Made by a program: the position numbers and the translations under genes
Notes under the pieces: generated by a model
Database searches by the model: none
The model's input: only the letters and a program-made list of their open reading frames with translations
Told to the model about the DNA's origin: nothing
NCBI RefSeq assembly: GCF_009914755.1
Contig: NC_060929.1
Length of the DNA stretch: 64,000 nucleotides
Source: the human T2T-CHM13v2.0 reference genome, Homo sapiens
Strand: one strand, 5' to 3'
Part shown: positions 60,443-64,000 of the stretch, piece after piece
How positions within the stretch are numbered: the first letter of the stretch is position 1
Layout of the letters: each line of letters begins with the position of its first letter

Positions 60443-63270
60443 GCCCAGGGCCAGAGGGCAGGGTCTGTTTGTGCAGGAATAAGTACCGCGTTCATCTTCC
60501 AATGACAGGAGTGTGTGCGCCGGAGCTCCCGCATCTCAGTCCCACCTGGATTTACCCACGATCTTCGTGTCTTAAAATGCGAAGTTGCCCTTACCTGGAT
60601 GAAGACAGCAGATCGCTTCATAGGAGCCTTGGCTAAATCTTTGGGCATTTTAATGGGATGTGGAGGCGTTTCTCTATGTCTTTCCAGCTGGAGGAATCAA
60701 GGTGCCTGGGCCTAGAGCATCCTGTGGACAGGCAGCTGCATTCAGAGAGGGAAGCCCTTCCCAGGAGATCTGTATGGTTTCCTGCTGAAGCCTGGTGTAG
60801 CTCTGTCTTAGCTTGTAGGCTTATGTCTGGGTTCCAGTAATTGGAGCTTGCAGAAATGTTTCCCCGATTGTTGTTCTTCTGTAGAATTTCAACGCTCATA
60901 TGTATTTTTGTGAGTCACCACGAAAACAGTTAAACTGATCAACCGTTTTCCAAACTGCAGACACCAAAATGAAATCACAAAGCACTTTCTTTTTTTCCCC
61001 TAAGTTGACTCTTCTATTCCTGCCTGCTGTGCTTTATGTCAGCAAGTGACCCTTTCCTGTATTATAATGCAGTATAGTATAGATGCATCATGTAAGACCA
61101 GAGAGAAACCGATTCCAAAACCACCTTTCCTCAAGCCGCCGTTTGTAACGACCATATGGGCGGTTTGAAGGACACAGAGAGAGCCTATTGACACTTCACT
61201 TTCGCTACACGTGGTGATTTTTCCAGTGCTTCCGGAGACACTGAAATTTAGTTCCAAACATTGCCTTAGAGGATTCTTGATTTTATTCATTCTACCGATG
61301 ATCCACTCAGAAAATCAAACCTGAGTACGGAGACATTGGAGAAGTCGTTAAAGTGTTGGACCAAGTCGGTTCGTCACGAGTGACAAGGTTATTCCACACT
61401 CTACTTGTACATACTCTGCTTTGCCTTCAGGATGGCAAAGAGTAATTTTTCGCTATAGAGTAAAAACCCGAGATTTATTACGGAATCAGCGTGAACCTTC
61501 CCAGCACAGCTCACAGAGCATACGCCAAAAATTACAGTGTGATTCAGTTTCAAAAATTGTCTGTAGTGACCTGTGAATTCACAGCTCGTGAGGACATTCT
61601 TTAGTTCGGCTGAAGCCAAAAAACCTGGAACCATCGAAATGGGAAGAAGTGGAGTCTGCCAAATTCTGCCTCTTACACTTTCAGCTACCACGCCATGTTC
61701 AACTATTGTACTTGATAAGGATTGGAAACTTAAGGTACTGAAAATTTCAACAGAGTTTCACCAGAGTAGTATTTCTTGTGAGAAAGCCATGATCTCATCA
61801 GTAACGCCTTTCTAAAAGATCCAACAGAAAATATGAACTAGCAACTCATCCTGACAAGGAAGTAAAACTCAGGAAAAATCCTAAGGCAGAGCAGCGTCAG
61901 GCTTCAGTGTGAAACTATCATAGTCTGGGCGCGGTGGCTCACGCCTATAGTCCCTTCACTTTGGGAAGCCAAGGTGGGGCAGATCACCTGAAGTCAGCAG
62001 TTCAAGACCAGCCTGGCCAAAATGGCGAGACCTCGTCTCTACTTGAGGAAATACAAAAATTTGCCCGGCGTGGTAGCGCGCACATTTAGTCCCAGCCACT
62101 CTGGAGGCTGAGGCAGGAGAATCCGTTGAGCCTAGGATGCCGAGGCTGCAGTGGGCTGAGATGAGGCCGCTGTAATCCAGCCTGGGGGACAGAGCGAGGC
62201 ACTGTCTCAGAAATAAACAAATAAAATAAAATAAACTAAAATAAAGTGACGTAAAATAAAATTGAAATAATATTTTCACGTTTCCCTCACCCAGCCCATT
62301 TTATTTTCAGAGTATTTGATAAACCGCTTTCTTCCCTGTGCGTTAGAGAGTTTTTTTTCTCAGACATCGAAGTTTTCTAATGCTCAACTTCGTAAAATGT
62401 CTCATTTTTACTGTAAATAGTTTCTTTACTGTTGTGAGATGTGAACTTTGCGATTCTGTGAAGAGGACTGAATTCTGAAATGCCCCCTGCATTTCCCGCC
62501 CCTCAGAGAGTCGCCCTGTGTCTGCCCCTCCCTTGGGTGTGGGCGGAAGCACGAATTGATGTGCCCGCCCGACTTCCTCATTAGATTGGGGGGTATCCTG
62601 AACCAACGGCTGCTAAGGGCTGGGTCTAATGCAGTCATCTGAGCCCTGTATAAGGGAGGACTGAACCCCCCTGTGATTACGCTCCCCTGTGGGAGATTCC
62701 CCAGCACTGGCTGTGCACACCCAGGGAGCCTCACGGCCCAGACCTGGGCAGCACGGGTAGGAGCTGAGAGCATCCTCACGGCAGCAGGCAGAACAAACAA
62801 GTGGGCCTGGGGCTCGCAACCCTGAGGCATTGTTGAATTCTGCCACCAACTCGAATCGGATCGAAGCCAGACCCTTCTCAGGTGGAGGCAACGACCGCAC
62901 AGCCAGACCCATCCTGGAGGTCCCTCGTGGGACTCTGAGCAGGAGGCAGTCACTTGGCCTAGCAGAACTTCTGACCTGTGAGCTGGTGTCTGTTTTAAAT
63001 ACCCCAAATTGGTGAGAATTCGTTCTGCATTGACCTAAAACTAACATACTCTCCTTCCACAAGTTTCTTCACACTGTGGAAGCGAGAAAATTCAGTGTGT
63101 GTGTTTGTGTGTGGGAAGGGGCGGCCGGGAGCCGTGTCCGGTTACGGCGAAACTGGCTCAGCAGAAACACAGCAGCTAAAATCTTTGAAAGGTTCTCATC
63201 GCAGATCCACAATCAAACCACCCCAGCCGGAACTTCTGCCTGTACAGCTGCTGTCACGGAGCAGACTTGA

Positions 63271-63876
<606 letters not shown>

Positions 63877-64000
63877 GCCCAGGGCCAGAGGGCAGGGTCT
63901 GTTTGTGCAGGAATAAGTACCGCGTTCATCTTCCAATGACAGGAGTGTGTGCGCCGGAGCTCCCGCATCTCAGTCCCACCTGGATTTACCCACGATCTTC

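Overview
Primate (human-like) genomic DNA that I recognise as the 5p15.1 TAF11-like / histone H3.Y locus. Positions 1-34.4 kb are a mosaic of older local segmental duplications. They hold two intact 198-aa TAF11-like genes (+), the intact histone variant gene H3Y2/H3.X (-), several decayed H3.Y-like copies (-), four internally deleted TAF11-like remnants (-), and Alu and L1 elements. From about 34.4 kb to the end is a 3,434-bp macrosatellite, with 9 units visible. Each unit carries an Alu, a promoter and an identical TAF11-like ORF. Main observations: (1) The H3.Y-type and TAF11L genes share a homologous DUX4-motif + TATA promoter and leader. Each H3.Y copy that retains its 3' flank is followed by the remainder of a TAF11L unit, which suggests H3.Y arose inside a TAF11L gene. 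(2) Only the first two array units keep a perfect DUX4 motif. (3) The array shows a strong AT->GC substitution bias that has changed the protein, the promoter and the poly(A) signal. All alignments were done by eye, so repeat boundaries are approximate.
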